A stretch of DNA of 64,000 bases, taken from the NCBI GenBank assembly GCA_023250195.1, contig JAHFBF010000004.1:5675-69674 (forward strand), read 5' to 3'. The DNA comes from Candidatus Melainabacteria bacterium. Lineage in GTDB: Bacteria; Cyanobacteriota; Vampirovibrionia; 2-02-FULL-35-15. This document shows, piece by piece, positions 38,710-50,420 of the stretch. The position numbers were made by a program, and so were the translations under genes. The notes beneath the pieces are model-generated. The model did not search any database. It saw only the letters and a list, made by a program, of their open reading frames with translations, and was not told the origin of the DNA. How positions within the stretch are numbered: the stretch's first letter is position 1; every line of letters starts with the position of its first letter.

Positions 38710-39233
38710 TTGAAGTTTTAAAAGCAATTCTTGGTGATCCGGCATTTTTTGGACTTAGTCTGTTAGCGATAATTGGTGCACTTGGTGTAATTATGGAAGC
38801 TAACATTGTAAGAGCTGGTTTTTCACTTGTAATCTGCTTTGGTGCAATTGCAGGTACTTACTTTGCTCTTAGAGCACCATTTGTCGGTGCATCACAGATC
38901 TTGATTTACGCGGTGGGAATTATGCTGGTAATTGTTTTTGCACTTATGTTAACAAGCCAGAAACAGGATCTTTCAAAAATCAAAAATGAGCTTACAAGAA
39001 ATATCTTAAATGCAGTAGTTTCTATTGGAATCTTTGTTACTTTTTCATATGCACTTACTGGAAATAAATGGTTTTCAAGTGAAATAATAAGTTGTCCAAG
39101 AAATACCGAGGTAATAGGTTTAAAGCTGCTTGGCTATTATGCTCTGCCATTTGAATTAATTTCAGTTTTATTGCTTGCAGCATTAATTGGTGCAATTGTA
39201 ATCGCAAAACGCGACAAAAAAGAAGGGACTTAA
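38706..39233 (+). CDS. nuoJ: NADH-quinone oxidoreductase subunit J (NdhG)
   Basis: [26 protein letters not shown]. Confidence 0.93.
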   Translation: MIEVLKAILGDPAFFGLSLLAIIGALGVIMEANIVRAGFSLVICFGAIAGTYFALRAPFVGASQILIYAVGIMLVIVFALMLTSQKQDLSKIKNELTRNILNAVVSIGIFVTFSYALTGNKWFSSEIISCPRNTEVIGLKLLGYYALPFELISVLLLAALIGAIVIAKRDKKEGT

Positions 39234-39616
39234 TGAACAAGTCTATTTTAAAAGTATTTGTAATCGGTTCTTTGCTGGGGTACTTTCTTTATCTTTCAGT
39301 AAATTTAACTTCTACCTTGGAAAGATATGTTTTGCTTTCAATTGCATTATTTAGTATTGGCATTTATGGATTAATTGCTTCAAGAAATGTGATAAGGATC
39401 CTAATGTCAATTGAACTTTTATTAAATGCAGCAAACATAAATCTTGTAGGATTTTCTACTTATATCGATCCGCTTGAGATTAAAGGACAAATCTTTGCTC
39501 TTTTTGTCATGGCCATTGCAGCAGCAGAAGCAGCCATTGCACTGGCAATTATTCTGGCTATTTACAGAAACATGTCATCAGTAGATGTAGAAGACTTTGC
39601 TAGTTTGAAGTGGTAG
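39233..39616 (+). CDS. nuoK: NADH-quinone oxidoreductase subunit K (NdhE), with extra N-terminal hydrophobic segment
   Basis: [26 protein letters not shown]. Confidence 0.93.
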   Translation: MNKSILKVFVIGSLLGYFLYLSVNLTSTLERYVLLSIALFSIGIYGLIASRNVIRILMSIELLLNAANINLVGFSTYIDPLEIKGQIFALFVMAIAAAEAAIALAIILAIYRNMSSVDVEDFASLKW

Positions 39617-39617
39617 G

Positions 39618-40787
39618 TTAAGCAGTTATAGGAACTGAGCTATTAGAATTACCATTTCCATTTTTAGTTTTATCTTCTAAGAGATCCAATCTTAAGTCAT
39701 ATGAACCCTTTAACTCTTTCACATAGTCCTCTAGTTTTACATTTTCCGGTTTAAATGCTCTAGCAATAACCTTTTCTACAATAAAATTTCTACATGGATC
39801 AAGCATAGAATCAGCAGTACTTAAAATATTCTGAAGCCACGGTTTATCATGCCCTCTGTAATTTGGAGCCCTGTGATTCGGAGTATTTTCATCAAAGATA
39901 TCTTTTGTAGATCTTCTTTTATGCAGTGTTAAAAATCTTTCAAGCCCTTTCATTGGTGCTTCACCAATAGCACCTGCAATTGACTTTGGAATATATCTGC
40001 CAAGGAAAAGAGTTGAAAGGCATCCGCTGATGGCAGATGGTATATTTCCTGGAAATACCCTTTCATTTACAACATTTGCAAGAGCTTTTGCCAGTACATT
40101 TTTATTAAACTCAGCTTTATTTTCACCATTAAATTCTTTTTTATAATCTATGCAATATCTCATTGTTTGAGATGTTATATGTGCAACCTGTTCAAATAAA
40201 GTATAGCCGGTTGTTTTTAAGAAACTTATATGCCAGGGATCTTCATAATCTAAATTCATCCCTGGAATATTTTCTTCTTCTGCGCCTTTTAAAATATAAG
40301 CACCGCCAGCAAATAAAGCTGCATTAATAGCTCCAAATCTAACAAGGTTTACCTTCTTTTCCTCTAAGCCAACAACTTTCAAACCAAAATCGACTGGTTT
40401 TTTTATACAGTTATCAAAAAACATTTCTATAGGCTTAGGTTGACTACTTCCATCAGCTGCTCTTTGTGCTTCACTGTTTTTACCATGATGTGAGGATGAC
40501 CACCAATGCATAAATGCACCAAACATTTCTCCAGGAAAATTTGCAATTTGTTCTGGAATTCCCGGGGTTAAAGTTCTCATTGTTTTTACAAATAATGAAC
40601 CTACAATTGTTTTCCAGAAAACTTCAGGACCTTCAGTTAATAAACATACTTTTGCAAGATCTACCTTATTTTGAGTTTTATCTTCCAGTGCAGCAACAGC
40701 AGCCTTAGGGAATGTACTTCCCATAGAATCAACCATGGCAGTCACACCTGTCCTAAGAAGGCTTACACCAAATGAAGATGAAGTCAT
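39618..40787 (-). CDS. Hypothetical protein
   Basis: 389-aa ORF, no recognised motif. Confidence 0.7.
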   Translation of the reverse strand: MTSSSFGVSLLRTGVTAMVDSMGSTFPKAAVAALEDKTQNKVDLAKVCLLTEGPEVFWKTIVGSLFVKTMRTLTPGIPEQIANFPGEMFGAFMHWWSSSHHGKNSEAQRAADGSSQPKPIEMFFDNCIKKPVDFGLKVVGLEEKKVNLVRFGAINAALFAGGAYILKGAEEENIPGMNLDYEDPWHISFLKTTGYTLFEQVAHITSQTMRYCIDYKKEFNGENKAEFNKNVLAKALANVVNERVFPGNIPSAISGCLSTLFLGRYIPKSIAGAIGEAPMKGLERFLTLHKRRSTKDIFDENTPNHRAPNYRGHDKPWLQNILSTADSMLDPCRNFIVEKVIARAFKPENVKLEDYVKELKGSYDLRLDLLEDKTKNGNGNSNSSVPITA

Positions 40788-40896
40788 TTTTTATTCAGCT
40801 CCAGACAAACTGGAACTTCCTTCTGCCAAGCCCTTTTGCAGGATCGGATTTGCCAAATGAATCGGACAAATCCTATAATTGACACTGCGAAAGAAT
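40788..40896 (-). repeat. Two-hairpin element directly upstream of start codon
   Basis: rc attctt...aggatttgtccgattcatttggcaaatccgatc...gttccagtttgtctggagctgaataaaaa-ATG. Confidence 0.8.
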
Positions 40897-41177
40897 TTTT
40901 TAGTATATGATTTCCTAAAATGAAAACCTCATAATAAACACATCAACTATAATTTGTAGAATCTTATAGTTAAGTGATTATTAACCTGGCAATTTAATCT
41001 TAGCAATACGGGTATTCTCTTAATCAAGGCCAAAAAAATATTTCTTTTTATTTTGCCAATTGAGATAGGAATAATTTACTTTAAGGTTAAGAGATTGAAT
41101 TATAAAAAAATTATAAAGAATATAGAAAGTTAAAGTTCAAAAGTTAAAACTTTAACTTTTGAACTTTTGAGTTTAAA

Positions 41178-41507
41178 CTAAGCTTGTCCTGGAAACATTG
41201 ACTGCAGTTTCATTGCAAGACCCATATCACCAGCTACTCTTAGCTTACCCATCATAAATGCCATCTGACTGTTTAATTTCCCTTTTTGAATAGCAAGCCA
41301 ATCCTGATCTGAAATTGAAATTGTAACTGATGGACTACTAACTACTCCAGTTTTTAGTTCACACTTTCCACTATTTATTTCCAAAGTCCACTTCCCACCA
41401 CCAGTACCTGAAATATCAAATATATAAGTAGCATTTAAATTCCCGGCAACTTCTGGCTTAAAAGATTTATACATTTCTTTCAATGAGTCTTCACAAGTCT
41501 CTGCCAT
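41178..41507 (-). CDS. SCP2 sterol/lipid-binding domain protein
   Basis: FDISG.GGGKW, LNSQMAFMMGKLRVAGDMGLAMKL. Confidence 0.9.
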   Translation of the reverse strand: MAETCEDSLKEMYKSFKPEVAGNLNATYIFDISGTGGGKWTLEINSGKCELKTGVVSSPSVTISISDQDWLAIQKGKLNSQMAFMMGKLRVAGDMGLAMKLQSMFPGQA

Positions 41508-41837
41508 AATTTTGTTCTCTCCTCTTTTTTACTGTGTAATTTTTTTTTCTTGAATGCATTTACTCAAATTGTAAACGTACATTTAAATTATCATTACTAA
41601 GATAACAGTTTTTATTATAAATCTACACTAAATAGTTTATTTTAAATAAAAACAATCTGATCTATCATTTGTTTGCTCTTCTTATATTAATTCTTAATTA
41701 AGTAATTGATTAAAGATGATAATTAGTTTTAAATTTGAGAAACTACCTTTATAGGTTGTACGTCAAGAAATAAATATTAAACCTTAAAACTTACATTCTT
41801 TTAATTTGATAGGATTAAACATATAAATACAAAAATT

Positions 41838-42413
41838 ATGAATAAGAATTTGATGAAGATTGCTAAAATCCTGTGTTACTCAGTGTTTCTATTTATATTA
41901 ATTTCTGCCTTGCCTTTTTGCAGCACAAACAAAAATTATGCAAATGAAATTAATCCAGTAAAAACAAACACCCTTATTGATATTACCGGTGAAAAACTAA
42001 ATTACACCTTTAAAGTATCAGACAAATTAATAGGAAGCGGAGTCATGGATCTTACTCTGGAAAAAAATAAGATAAAAGGAATAGCTACCGGTCTTGGGAG
42101 AGCCTGTCAGTGCAATGTAGATTTCAATACCAATATAGAGGGGCTCATTAACAAAGGAAATATTGATGTCACTGTCTGTGGAATAGGAGATCCTGTTGGA
42201 ATACCAATCCCCGGAAAAATTACTTTTAACGGTCCCTTAAAAGGATTTATAAGCAGCAAAGGTCTTACTTTAGTTGGCAAAGTAAATATAAAGGGTAAAT
42301 TAGCAAGTCTCGGTGGATTTAAAAACAAAGAAGATATTTTAATTGAAATCCAGGGAGCATCACTAGTTAATATTTTTAGAAAACAGATACATGAAAAATT
42401 GGCATCTTTGTAA
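41838..42413 (+). CDS. Hypothetical exported beta-rich protein
   Basis: N-terminal hydrophobic segment; alternating beta-strand pattern. Confidence 0.6.
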   Translation: MNKNLMKIAKILCYSVFLFILISALPFCSTNKNYANEINPVKTNTLIDITGEKLNYTFKVSDKLIGSGVMDLTLEKNKIKGIATGLGRACQCNVDFNTNIEGLINKGNIDVTVCGIGDPVGIPIPGKITFNGPLKGFISSKGLTLVGKVNIKGKLASLGGFKNKEDILIEIQGASLVNIFRKQIHEKLASL

Positions 42414-42446
42414 CGCTGCATTATCTTAAATAAGCTCAAATTATCA

Positions 42447-42474
42447 GTAAGGACGCGATTAATCGCGTCCTTAC
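42447..42474. repeat. Perfect 28-bp palindrome (GTAG family variant)
   Basis: gtaaggacgcgattaatcgcgtccttac. Confidence 0.85.
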
Positions 42475-42585
42475 GTGAGTGTCTTTACGAACGATTAAAA
42501 TATACATTTTTAGGGTCTATAAAGCCTAAAGATAGGCACAAAAGCTCTTCATTGTTACTATTAAGTAAAAGGGAAATCAAAATTA

Positions 42586-45222
42586 ATGTTTGAGAGATTT
42601 ACAGAAAAAGCAATAAAAGTAATCATGTTGGCCCAGGAAGAAGCAAGAAGACTTGGACATAATTTTGTTGGTACAGAACAAATTTTACTTGGCTTAATTG
42701 GTGAGGGCACAGGGATTGCTGCCAAAACTTTAAAGTCAATGGGAGTAAATTTAAAGGATGCAAGAATTGAAGTAGAAAAAATTATCGGACGTGGCAGTGG
42801 TTTTGTAGCAGTTGAAATCCCATTTACTCCAAGGGCAAAAAGAGTGCTTGAACTTTCATGGGAAGAAGCCAGACAACTTGGACATAATTATATAGGAACA
42901 GAACATTTATTATTAGGATTAATAAGGGAAGGAGAAGGGGTTGCTGCAAGGGTACTGGAAAACCTTGGTGTTGATCTCACAAAAGTCAGACAACACATTA
43001 TCAGACTCCTTGGTGAAACAGGAGCTACTGGTGTACAGGCAGGTGGTACAGGCACTGGAAGATCTAAAACTCCTACACTTGATGAATTTGGAATTAATCT
43101 GACTCAGTCTGCAACTGAAGGAAGACTTGATCCTGTAGTTGGTCGTGAGAAAGAGATTGAAAGAGTAATTCAAATATTAGGAAGAAGAACAAAAAACAAT
43201 CCTGTTTTAATCGGTGAGCCAGGGGTAGGAAAAACTGCAATTGCAGAAGGACTTGCTCAAAAAATTGCAGTTGGAGATATACCGGATATTTTACAGGAAA
43301 AAAGAATTGTTCAGCTTGACATTGGGCTATTAGTAGCAGGTACAAAATACCGCGGTGAATTTGAAGAGAGATTAAAAAAAATAATGGATGAAATTCGTGG
43401 TGCAGGTAATGTAATTATTGTTATAGATGAGTTGCACACATTAATTGGTGCTGGTGCAGCTGAAGGAGCTATTGATGCTGCAAACATTTTGAAACCTGCT
43501 TTATCACGCGGTGAACTACAGTGCATTGGTGCAACAACACTGGATGAATACAGAAAACATATTGAAAGAGATGCTGCACTTGAGCGCAGATTCCAGCCGG
43601 TAATGGTAGATGCACCGTCAGTAGAGGAGTCTATTGAAATATTACGAGGCTTAAGACCAAAATATGAAGAACATCACAAGCTTTTAATTTCAGATGCGGC
43701 ACTAATCGCAGCAGCTACATTGTCTGATAGATATATTAGTGACAGATACTTGCCTGATAAAGCAATTGATCTGGTTGATGAATCAAGCTCACGTGTCAGG
43801 CTTCGTGCAAGCTCTCTCCCTCCGGAAGGAAAAGAACTGGAAAAAGAACTTCGTGCAATAAGCAGACAAAAAGAGCAGTCAATTCGTTCTCAAGAATTTG
43901 AAAAAGCAAGTCAGCTTAGAGATAAAGAAGCAGAATTAAAAGATCAGATTAAGGAGATTCAAGCAAAATGGAAAGAGACCCAGGATAAAAATAGGCCTGT
44001 GGTTACTGATGAGGAAATTGCTCACATAGTAAGTTCGTGGACTGGAATTCCAGTTGGTGATCTTACACAGGGGGAAACAGAAAAACTACAAAAACTTGAA
44101 CAGATTTTACATGAACGTGTAATTGGTCAGGATGTAGCAGTAACCGCTGTTGCACGGTCTATTAAACGTGCACGTGTAGGGCTTAAAAATCCTCAAAAAC
44201 CAATTGGTACATTTATGTTCTCAGGTCCAACTGGTGTTGGTAAAACTGAGCTTGCAAAAGCACTTGCATCTTTCTTTTTCGGTACTGAAGAAAATATTAT
44301 CAGGGTTGATATGTCAGAGTACATGGAAAAACATACTGTCAGTAAACTCATTGGTTCACCACCGGGTTATGTAGGATATGGTGAAGGTGGTCAACTTACT
44401 GAAGCAGTGCGCAGAAGACCATATAGTGTGGTTTTATTTGATGAAATTGAAAAAGCACATCCAGATGTATTTAATATCTTATTGCAAATGCTGGATGATG
44501 GTCGTTTGACTGATTCTAAAGGTCGTGTTGTAGACTTTAAAAATACAATTATTGTAATGACCAGCAATGTCGGTGCAAGAAATATAGAGTCTCTGCAGCC
44601 ACTTGGTTTTTCAACAGAAATATCCCAGGATCCAGAAGCTATATATAAACGAATTAAATCAACAGTTACAGATGAAATGAAAAAGACATTTAGACCAGAG
44701 TTTTTAAATAGGCTTGATGACATTATTATCTTTAAACACCTTACAAAAGATGAATTACATAAGATATTGGATTTGATGGCAAAAGAGCTAAGCAAACGTG
44801 TTAATGAAAAGAACATGGATTTAGAACTCTCACCGGAAGTAAAAGACAAGCTCGTGAAAGATGGATACAGCCAGGCTTATGGTGCTCGTCCGTTGAGAAG
44901 AACATTACAAAAATTAATAGAAGATGCACTTGCTGAAGAAATACTTGCAGGGAGATTTAAAGAAGGTGACAAAATTAGAGCAGTTGCAAAACCAAAAGAT
45001 CAAGTACCAGAAGGAGCAGCAATATTTAAAGATGATGCTTCAATAACAGTAGCCATGACAGGTGATAAAAACAAAAAAGATGATGGTCTTGTAATTATCT
45101 TTGAAAAATGTGGCACTATGGAAATTAAAAACAAATACGAAAAGAAAAATGATATCCCACCTAAAATAGAAATAGTTCCTAAGGAAGAGCCTCCGAAAGA
45201 AACCGCTAAAGCCGGGTCTTAG
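42586..45222 (+). CDS. clpC: ATP-dependent Clp protease ATP-binding subunit, cyanobacterial type
   Basis: [22 protein letters not shown]; two Walker A motifs ([16 protein letters not shown]); UVR-type middle segment. Confidence 0.97.
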   Translation: MFERFTEKAIKVIMLAQEEARRLGHNFVGTEQILLGLIGEGTGIAAKTLKSMGVNLKDARIEVEKIIGRGSGFVAVEIPFTPRAKRVLELSWEEARQLGHNYIGTEHLLLGLIREGEGVAARVLENLGVDLTKVRQHIIRLLGETGATGVQAGGTGTGRSKTPTLDEFGINLTQSATEGRLDPVVGREKEIERVIQILGRRTKNNPVLIGEPGVGKTAIAEGLAQKIAVGDIPDILQEKRIVQLDIGLLVAGTKYRGEFEERLKKIMDEIRGAGNVIIVIDELHTLIGAGAAEGAIDAANILKPALSRGELQCIGATTLDEYRKHIERDAALERRFQPVMVDAPSVEESIEILRGLRPKYEEHHKLLISDAALIAAATLSDRYISDRYLPDKAIDLVDESSSRVRLRASSLPPEGKELEKELRAISRQKEQSIRSQEFEKASQLRDKEAELKDQIKEIQAKWKETQDKNRPVVTDEEIAHIVSSWTGIPVGDLTQGETEKLQKLEQILHERVIGQDVAVTAVARSIKRARVGLKNPQKPIGTFMFSGPTGVGKTELAKALASFFFGTEENIIRVDMSEYMEKHTVSKLIGSPPGYVGYGEGGQLTEAVRRRPYSVVLFDEIEKAHPDVFNILLQMLDDGRLTDSKGRVVDFKNTIIVMTSNVGARNIESLQPLGFSTEISQDPEAIYKRIKSTVTDEMKKTFRPEFLNRLDDIIIFKHLTKDELHKILDLMAKELSKRVNEKNMDLELSPEVKDKLVKDGYSQAYGARPLRRTLQKLIEDALAEEILAGRFKEGDKIRAVAKPKDQVPEGAAIFKDDASITVAMTGDKNKKDDGLVIIFEKCGTMEIKNKYEKKNDIPPKIEIVPKEEPPKETAKAGS

Positions 45223-45226
45223 CCTC

Positions 45227-46069
45227 TTATAGATTATGTATTCTCACAATATCAACCCCATTTTTAATTACTAATTTAATCATCTCTTTTGATTTTTTTT
45301 CAATATCTTCTTCAGGAAACAGTGTTTTAATAAATGATTTTCTTGATGGACCTGCTAAAATCGGAAATCCAAGCAATTTAAGTTCTTTTAAATTCTCAAG
45401 TAATAATAAATCTTCTTCTGGTGTTTTCCCAAAACCAATTCCAGGATCAATGATTATGTTTTCTTTTTTAATACCGTTATCAATAGCGTATTGAGTTTGC
45501 TTTTGCAGCCAAGCATAGACTTCTTGAATAATAAGAGATGAGAGGTGAGAGATGGGAGATGGGAATTTTTTTTCCATTCTGATCCATGATCTCTGATCTC
45601 TAATCTCTGGTTTTGTAGCCGGTATTCCTTTATTATGCATAATCACAATTGGGCAATTGCTCTTTACTGCAACATTTACCATATCAGGGTCCATTGTTAA
45701 TCCTGAAACATCATTTATCATTTTTGCCCCTGCATTTAAGGCGAGCTGTGCAACGTTTGCTTTATAGGTATCAATTGAAATAAAAATATCCGGATATCTT
45801 TTTTTTAATTCATAAATTACAGGAATAACTCTTTTTAATTCTTCTTCTTCTGAAAGGAGCTCTGCTCCAGGTCTTGTAGACTCACCGCCAATATCAATAA
45901 TATCTGCACCACCATTAGTTAACTTATCAACATGTTTAACAGCATCTTCAATCTGAAAACATTTGCCACCATCTGAAAAAGAATCAGGTGTGACATTAAG
46001 AATACTCATAAGGACAGGTTTTTTAGAGTTAAGTAAGCTATTTATATTGTTTGATGTTTGAGCTTTCAC
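45227..46069 (-). CDS. folP: Dihydropteroate synthase with heptamer-repeat-derived insertion
   Basis: ILNVTPDSFSDGG, DIGGESTRPG, DPGIGFGK, SRKSF. Confidence 0.95.
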   Translation of the reverse strand: MKAQTSNNINSLLNSKKPVLMSILNVTPDSFSDGGKCFQIEDAVKHVDKLTNGGADIIDIGGESTRPGAELLSEEEELKRVIPVIYELKKRYPDIFISIDTYKANVAQLALNAGAKMINDVSGLTMDPDMVNVAVKSNCPIVIMHNKGIPATKPEIRDQRSWIRMEKKFPSPISHLSSLIIQEVYAWLQKQTQYAIDNGIKKENIIIDPGIGFGKTPEEDLLLLENLKELKLLGFPILAGPSRKSFIKTLFPEEDIEKKSKEMIKLVIKNGVDIVRIHNL

Positions 46070-46074
46070 AAAGC

Positions 46075-47091
46075 CTACACCGGTAAACCGTTTTCTTTTC
46101 CTAATAATTTCTTAAGTTCTTGTTTTAGTACAGGGACAACCTTAAAAAGATCGTCCACTATTCCATAATCACATTTTTTAAATATAGGAGCATTTGGATC
46201 TTTATTTATAGCTACTATAACCTTTGAACTTCCCATTCCTGCAAAGTGCTGAATAGCACCTGAAATGCCGCAGGCTATATAAAGCTTTGGTGAAACTGTT
46301 TTCCCCGTCTGTCCAACCTGCATACTGTGCGGTGCATAGCCAGAATCTACTGCGGCACGTGAAGCCCCAACTGCAGCACCACCTAAGACTTCAGCAGTTT
46401 CAAACAATATTTTGTAATTATCCCAATTTCCCATTGCACGGCCACCAGAAATAATTATGCCTGCTTCTGTAAGTGAAACCTCTTTTGACTGTGATTTCAC
46501 AACCTCTTTAATTTTCTGCTTGACTGAACTTTGATCAATGGTTACTTTTTCACTTATTATTTCAGTTGTTTTTGGTAAGATCTCTTTTGGTATCAGTGTA
46601 TTTGGTCTAAATGTTGCCAGCTTTGGTTTAAAATGATCATTAAATTTAACTTTTACAATTATTTTATTAGAGTACATTGTTCTGGAGACATTTAGTGTTG
46701 AACCATCTAAATGGACTTCTGTACAGTCCATTGCAAGTCCACCATTTGTATGAAATGAAGCAGCAGAGAAAAGATCCATTCCAATCAACGAATTAATTCC
46801 AAAGATGAAATCAGGATTTTGATCTTTTATTATTTTTATAAACAGTTTTGTGTAAATATCAGGATTATAATTTTCCAGTAAAGCATCATCTATTAAAACA
46901 GCTTTATCTACACCACATTGACCAAATTGTTCTTTTGCTTTTTCAGTATTTAAACCACTGCCAATTAATGCAGCAATTAAATTCCCTTTGGTTTGATCTG
47001 CTAAATAGCGTGCAGTTTTTAAAACCTGAATTGAAGGTTTGGTTAAATCTTTATCTTCATGTATCTCTGCTAAAACTAAAACATTTGACAT
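46075..47091 (-). CDS. etfA: Electron transfer flavoprotein alpha subunit
   Basis: [28 protein letters not shown]. Confidence 0.95.
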   Translation of the reverse strand: MSNVLVLAEIHEDKDLTKPSIQVLKTARYLADQTKGNLIAALIGSGLNTEKAKEQFGQCGVDKAVLIDDALLENYNPDIYTKLFIKIIKDQNPDFIFGINSLIGMDLFSAASFHTNGGLAMDCTEVHLDGSTLNVSRTMYSNKIIVKVKFNDHFKPKLATFRPNTLIPKEILPKTTEIISEKVTIDQSSVKQKIKEVVKSQSKEVSLTEAGIIISGGRAMGNWDNYKILFETAEVLGGAAVGASRAAVDSGYAPHSMQVGQTGKTVSPKLYIACGISGAIQHFAGMGSSKVIVAINKDPNAPIFKKCDYGIVDDLFKVVPVLKQELKKLLGKENGLPV

Positions 47092-47235
47092 AATTGTTCT
47101 CATTATATAATAAAGGAATGACAAGTATACAAACAGGGATTATTATTACGTTTGGAGTCATAATTTTTAATTTGATTATATTTTCCTTAATCCCACTAGT
47201 CATTAAAAAATTATCTTCCAGACACCGTTAAATAA

Positions 47236-48018
47236 ATGAACATTATAGTAATCATAAGACAAACTCCAGACACTGAAACTAAAATCAAACTAGATTCAGA
47301 AGGCAAAAAAATTGATACTGCCGGAATTACCTGGATTATAAATCCTTATGATGAATTTGCAATTGAAAAAGCATTAAAAATAAAAGAAAAAACAAATGCT
47401 GGAGAAGTGATTTTATTTGCATGTGGACCATCACGAACTGAAGATGCCATACGACAGGGGCTTGCAATGGGAGCAGACAGAGCAGTTTTTATTAAAAATG
47501 ATGCTCTTGAAAATGCTGATCCGTTTATAATTTCAAAATTAATTTCCAGCGAATTAAAAAATATGCCATTTGATCTTGTCTTATCCGGTAAAAAGGTTAT
47601 AGATCTGGAGTCTACTCAAATCCCAATCTTTATAGCAGAAGAGCTTGGCTTAACACATGTAAGTTTTGTAATGAAGTTTAATGAAGTTGACTCAGTAAAA
47701 AAAACAGTTCTCTGTGACAGGGAAGCAGATGGTTCTCATGAAATAATTGAAGTTCAGTTACCTGCTTTAATTACCTGTGATCGCGGGGAAGATCACCCGC
47801 GATATGCCTCTATAACAGGTATTATGAAAGCAAAGAAAAAAGAAATTAAAGAAATTATCCCTTCAAAAGATATTATTAATCAAATTGGAGAAAGAACAGG
47901 CATTGTAGAAATGGAACTTCCTCCATCACGTAAAGAAGTAAAAATCTTTGAAGGAGAGGTTCCTGAAAAGGTAGCGGGACTTGTAAAAGCCTTACGGGAA
48001 GAGGCTAAAGTTATCTAA
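47236..48018 (+). CDS. etfB: Electron transfer flavoprotein beta subunit
   Basis: NPYDEFAIEKAL, LAMGADRA, PRYAS..GIMKAKKK. Confidence 0.95.
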   Translation: MNIIVIIRQTPDTETKIKLDSEGKKIDTAGITWIINPYDEFAIEKALKIKEKTNAGEVILFACGPSRTEDAIRQGLAMGADRAVFIKNDALENADPFIISKLISSELKNMPFDLVLSGKKVIDLESTQIPIFIAEELGLTHVSFVMKFNEVDSVKKTVLCDREADGSHEIIEVQLPALITCDRGEDHPRYASITGIMKAKKKEIKEIIPSKDIINQIGERTGIVEMELPPSRKEVKIFEGEVPEKVAGLVKALREEAKVI

Positions 48019-48022
48019 ATTG

Positions 48023-48556
48023 TTAAAACATCACAAGACTAATCCCAGCAATGGTTTTAGCATCTCTGATTTCACCATCTTTAATCATTTGCCAGGCATG
48101 CTTTAAATCAAATACTTTCATTGCAATATTTTCATCAGGATCCGGTTCTGGTTCATCATCAATTAAATCAGTAGCTTTAAAGAAATATAAAACCTCTGAA
48201 CTATAACCAGGCAAAGGATAGACAATTCCCATTGGCTCTAATGTCTTTGCAATATATCCGGTTTCTTCTTTTAATTCTCTTTTTGCTGCAAGGATCGGAT
48301 TTTCATTCTTATTCAATGTTCCTGCAGGTAATTCCCAAAACACTTTTCCAATTGCATATCTGAATTGTTTAACCATAACAATTTTATTTGGCTCAGGTAA
48401 AGCAACAATGGTTACTCCACCGTTATGAAGGATAACTTCACGAACTGATTCTTTGCCACCTGGTAAACGAATTTTATCTACTGTATAAGTCAGTATTCTT
48501 CCTTCGTGTATTGTTTGTGAGCTTATTTTTTCTTCTTTAAATTCTCTAGTTGTCAT
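48023..48556 (-). CDS. NUDIX hydrolase, ADP-ribose pyrophosphatase-like
   Basis: KQFRY, ELPAG...AAKRELKEETG, DAKT. Confidence 0.9.
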   Translation of the reverse strand: MTTREFKEEKISSQTIHEGRILTYTVDKIRLPGGKESVREVILHNGGVTIVALPEPNKIVMVKQFRYAIGKVFWELPAGTLNKNENPILAAKRELKEETGYIAKTLEPMGIVYPLPGYSSEVLYFFKATDLIDDEPEPDPDENIAMKVFDLKHAWQMIKDGEIRDAKTIAGISLVMF

Positions 48557-48698
48557 CTAGTTTATTTTAGCAAACAATTAACGTCATTGCGAGCCGAGCA
48601 AAGTGAGGTGTGGCAATCCCAAACTATTTACATGAAAACGATCGGGATTGCTTCGTCGCTGACCGCCACGCTTCGCTCGCGGCTTCCGCTCCTCGCAA

Positions 48699-48904
48699 GA
48701 GGCTATCTCAAAACTACCACTATGGAAATGCAACATTTTTCAGCATAAAGTCAACAATGTCATTCCCTGGCTCGACCAGGGAATCCAGACAAGACTGGTA
48801 CCGATACTGGATTCCCGCTTTCGCGGGAATGACAAGTTACTTTCACTCTTTCTATTTTGTCAGAAAAATAGCTAATCCCATAGACAGAGTTTTGAGATGA
48901 GCTC
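48699..48904. mobile_element. ~206-bp MITE inserted in GTCATTGCGAG repeat (48583-48911)
   Basis: TIRs gaggctatctcaaaact / agttttgagatgagctc; CAA duplicated on both sides. Confidence 0.8.
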
Positions 48905-48919
48905 CAATGACATAGCAAA

Positions 48920-50404
48920 TCAGATATATTCCTTAATTGCCTGTGGAAGATAACTAATCAAATCCTGTGGCAGCAGAGAAAATACGGTTTTATCTCTAGT
49001 AACCATTTCAGCTGTTTTACCATGAATATACACTCCAACACAGGCAGCTAAAGATGGTTTTAATCCTTGAGCAATAAGTCCACCAATAAAACCTGCTAAA
49101 ACATCCCCTGTTCCACCCTTTGCAAGTGCTGAATTACTAAAAGGCGATACATAAATATTTCCTTCTTTAGTTCCAATAATTGTAGCTGGCCCTTTTAAAA
49201 CAATTGTACAGCTTAGTTCTTTTGCACTGGATCTTACAAGTTCAATTTTATTATTTAAGACCTCATCAATATTAATTCCTAAAAGTTTCGCAAACTCTTT
49301 TGGGTGAGGAGTTAAAACAATTTCATTCTTTACTTTTTTTATAATTTCTTTTTGTCCTGCTAAAACATTGATTCCATCTGCATCCAGAACAATTGGAATT
49401 GATGCTTGTAAAATTAAAGCTTCAACAGTTTCTTTGATCTCGGGTTCAGTTGTTAATCCCGGTCCAATAACAAGTACACTTGATTTTAAACTTTCTTCTA
49501 AAATCGTTTTTAAATCAAACTCTACATTAATTACTTCAGGTGTTACTGCTGCAATCCTGATAAACACTTCTAACGAGCTGGCTAACATAGTTAGACCGGA
49601 TCCTATGGAAGAAGCTGCCTTGCTGGCTAACAATGCAGCACCAGGATATTTTTTGCTGCCACATACTAAGAGGGTCCTGCCAAAACTGCCTTTATTGCTT
49701 TCATCATCTCTATTTGGAAGATTTTCTTTTAAAAAATCATCGTCTAATAAAAATAGATTTGTTTCAATATCAGGAAGCCCTATATCAATTGTCCTGATTT
49801 TTCCACTGTATCTTTTACCGGGATAAACAAGTAACCCAATTTTTTGATAGCCAAATGTTACCGTCACTTTTGCTTTGACTGTAACGTCACATACATTTCC
49901 ACTATCCGGGTTTATACCTGTAGGAATATCACATGCTATAACAACTTTGTGTGAGGTGTTTATTGATTTAATAATCCACTCAAATAATGGAGAAAGTTTA
50001 CCATTTGTTCCAGTTCCTAGAAGACAGTCAATGACTGTATTTGATTCAGACAGCATTTTTGACAAATTGTTATCTTTTTCTTCTTGGATTGTAAAACATT
50101 GAACTTTATTTTTTATAAGTTCTAAATTTGCTTTTGCATCATCAGATAGTACAGATTCATCAGATGTTAAAATCAAAGAGACTTTTTCCCCGCTTGCATG
50201 CAAATATCTTGCGGCAACTATCCCATCTCCACCATTATTTCCTTTTCCACAAACAATTAAATAAGGTTCTTTATATTCTTTTGCTACATCTGCTAAGGAA
50301 GAACCCGCTTTCTCCATAAGGGTTAAAGACCATTGCGGACTTATTTTTTTGATCCACTCTGATTCAAGCGTACGTATTTGTTCAGAAGTTACCAGTTTTT
50401 GCAT
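48920..50404 (-). CDS. nnr: Bifunctional NAD(P)H-hydrate epimerase/dehydratase
   Basis: GKGNNGGDG, DIPTG, NKGSFG, DADG, LTPHPKEF, GGTGDVLAG. Confidence 0.95.
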   Translation of the reverse strand: MQKLVTSEQIRTLESEWIKKISPQWSLTLMEKAGSSLADVAKEYKEPYLIVCGKGNNGGDGIVAARYLHASGEKVSLILTSDESVLSDDAKANLELIKNKVQCFTIQEEKDNNLSKMLSESNTVIDCLLGTGTNGKLSPLFEWIIKSINTSHKVVIACDIPTGINPDSGNVCDVTVKAKVTVTFGYQKIGLLVYPGKRYSGKIRTIDIGLPDIETNLFLLDDDFLKENLPNRDDESNKGSFGRTLLVCGSKKYPGAALLASKAASSIGSGLTMLASSLEVFIRIAAVTPEVINVEFDLKTILEESLKSSVLVIGPGLTTEPEIKETVEALILQASIPIVLDADGINVLAGQKEIIKKVKNEIVLTPHPKEFAKLLGINIDEVLNNKIELVRSSAKELSCTIVLKGPATIIGTKEGNIYVSPFSNSALAKGGTGDVLAGFIGGLIAQGLKPSLAACVGVYIHGKTAEMVTRDKTVFSLLPQDLISYLPQAIKEYI

Positions 50405-50420
50405 TACAGAACTTTCACTC

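Noticed and set aside
48610..48900. ORF-track entries overlapping repeats (also 27045, 34286, 19207, 52540 and the N-terminus of 62307..63020)
   Set aside because: They are translations of REP/MITE sequence; near-identical peptides recur at 34286 and 48610.
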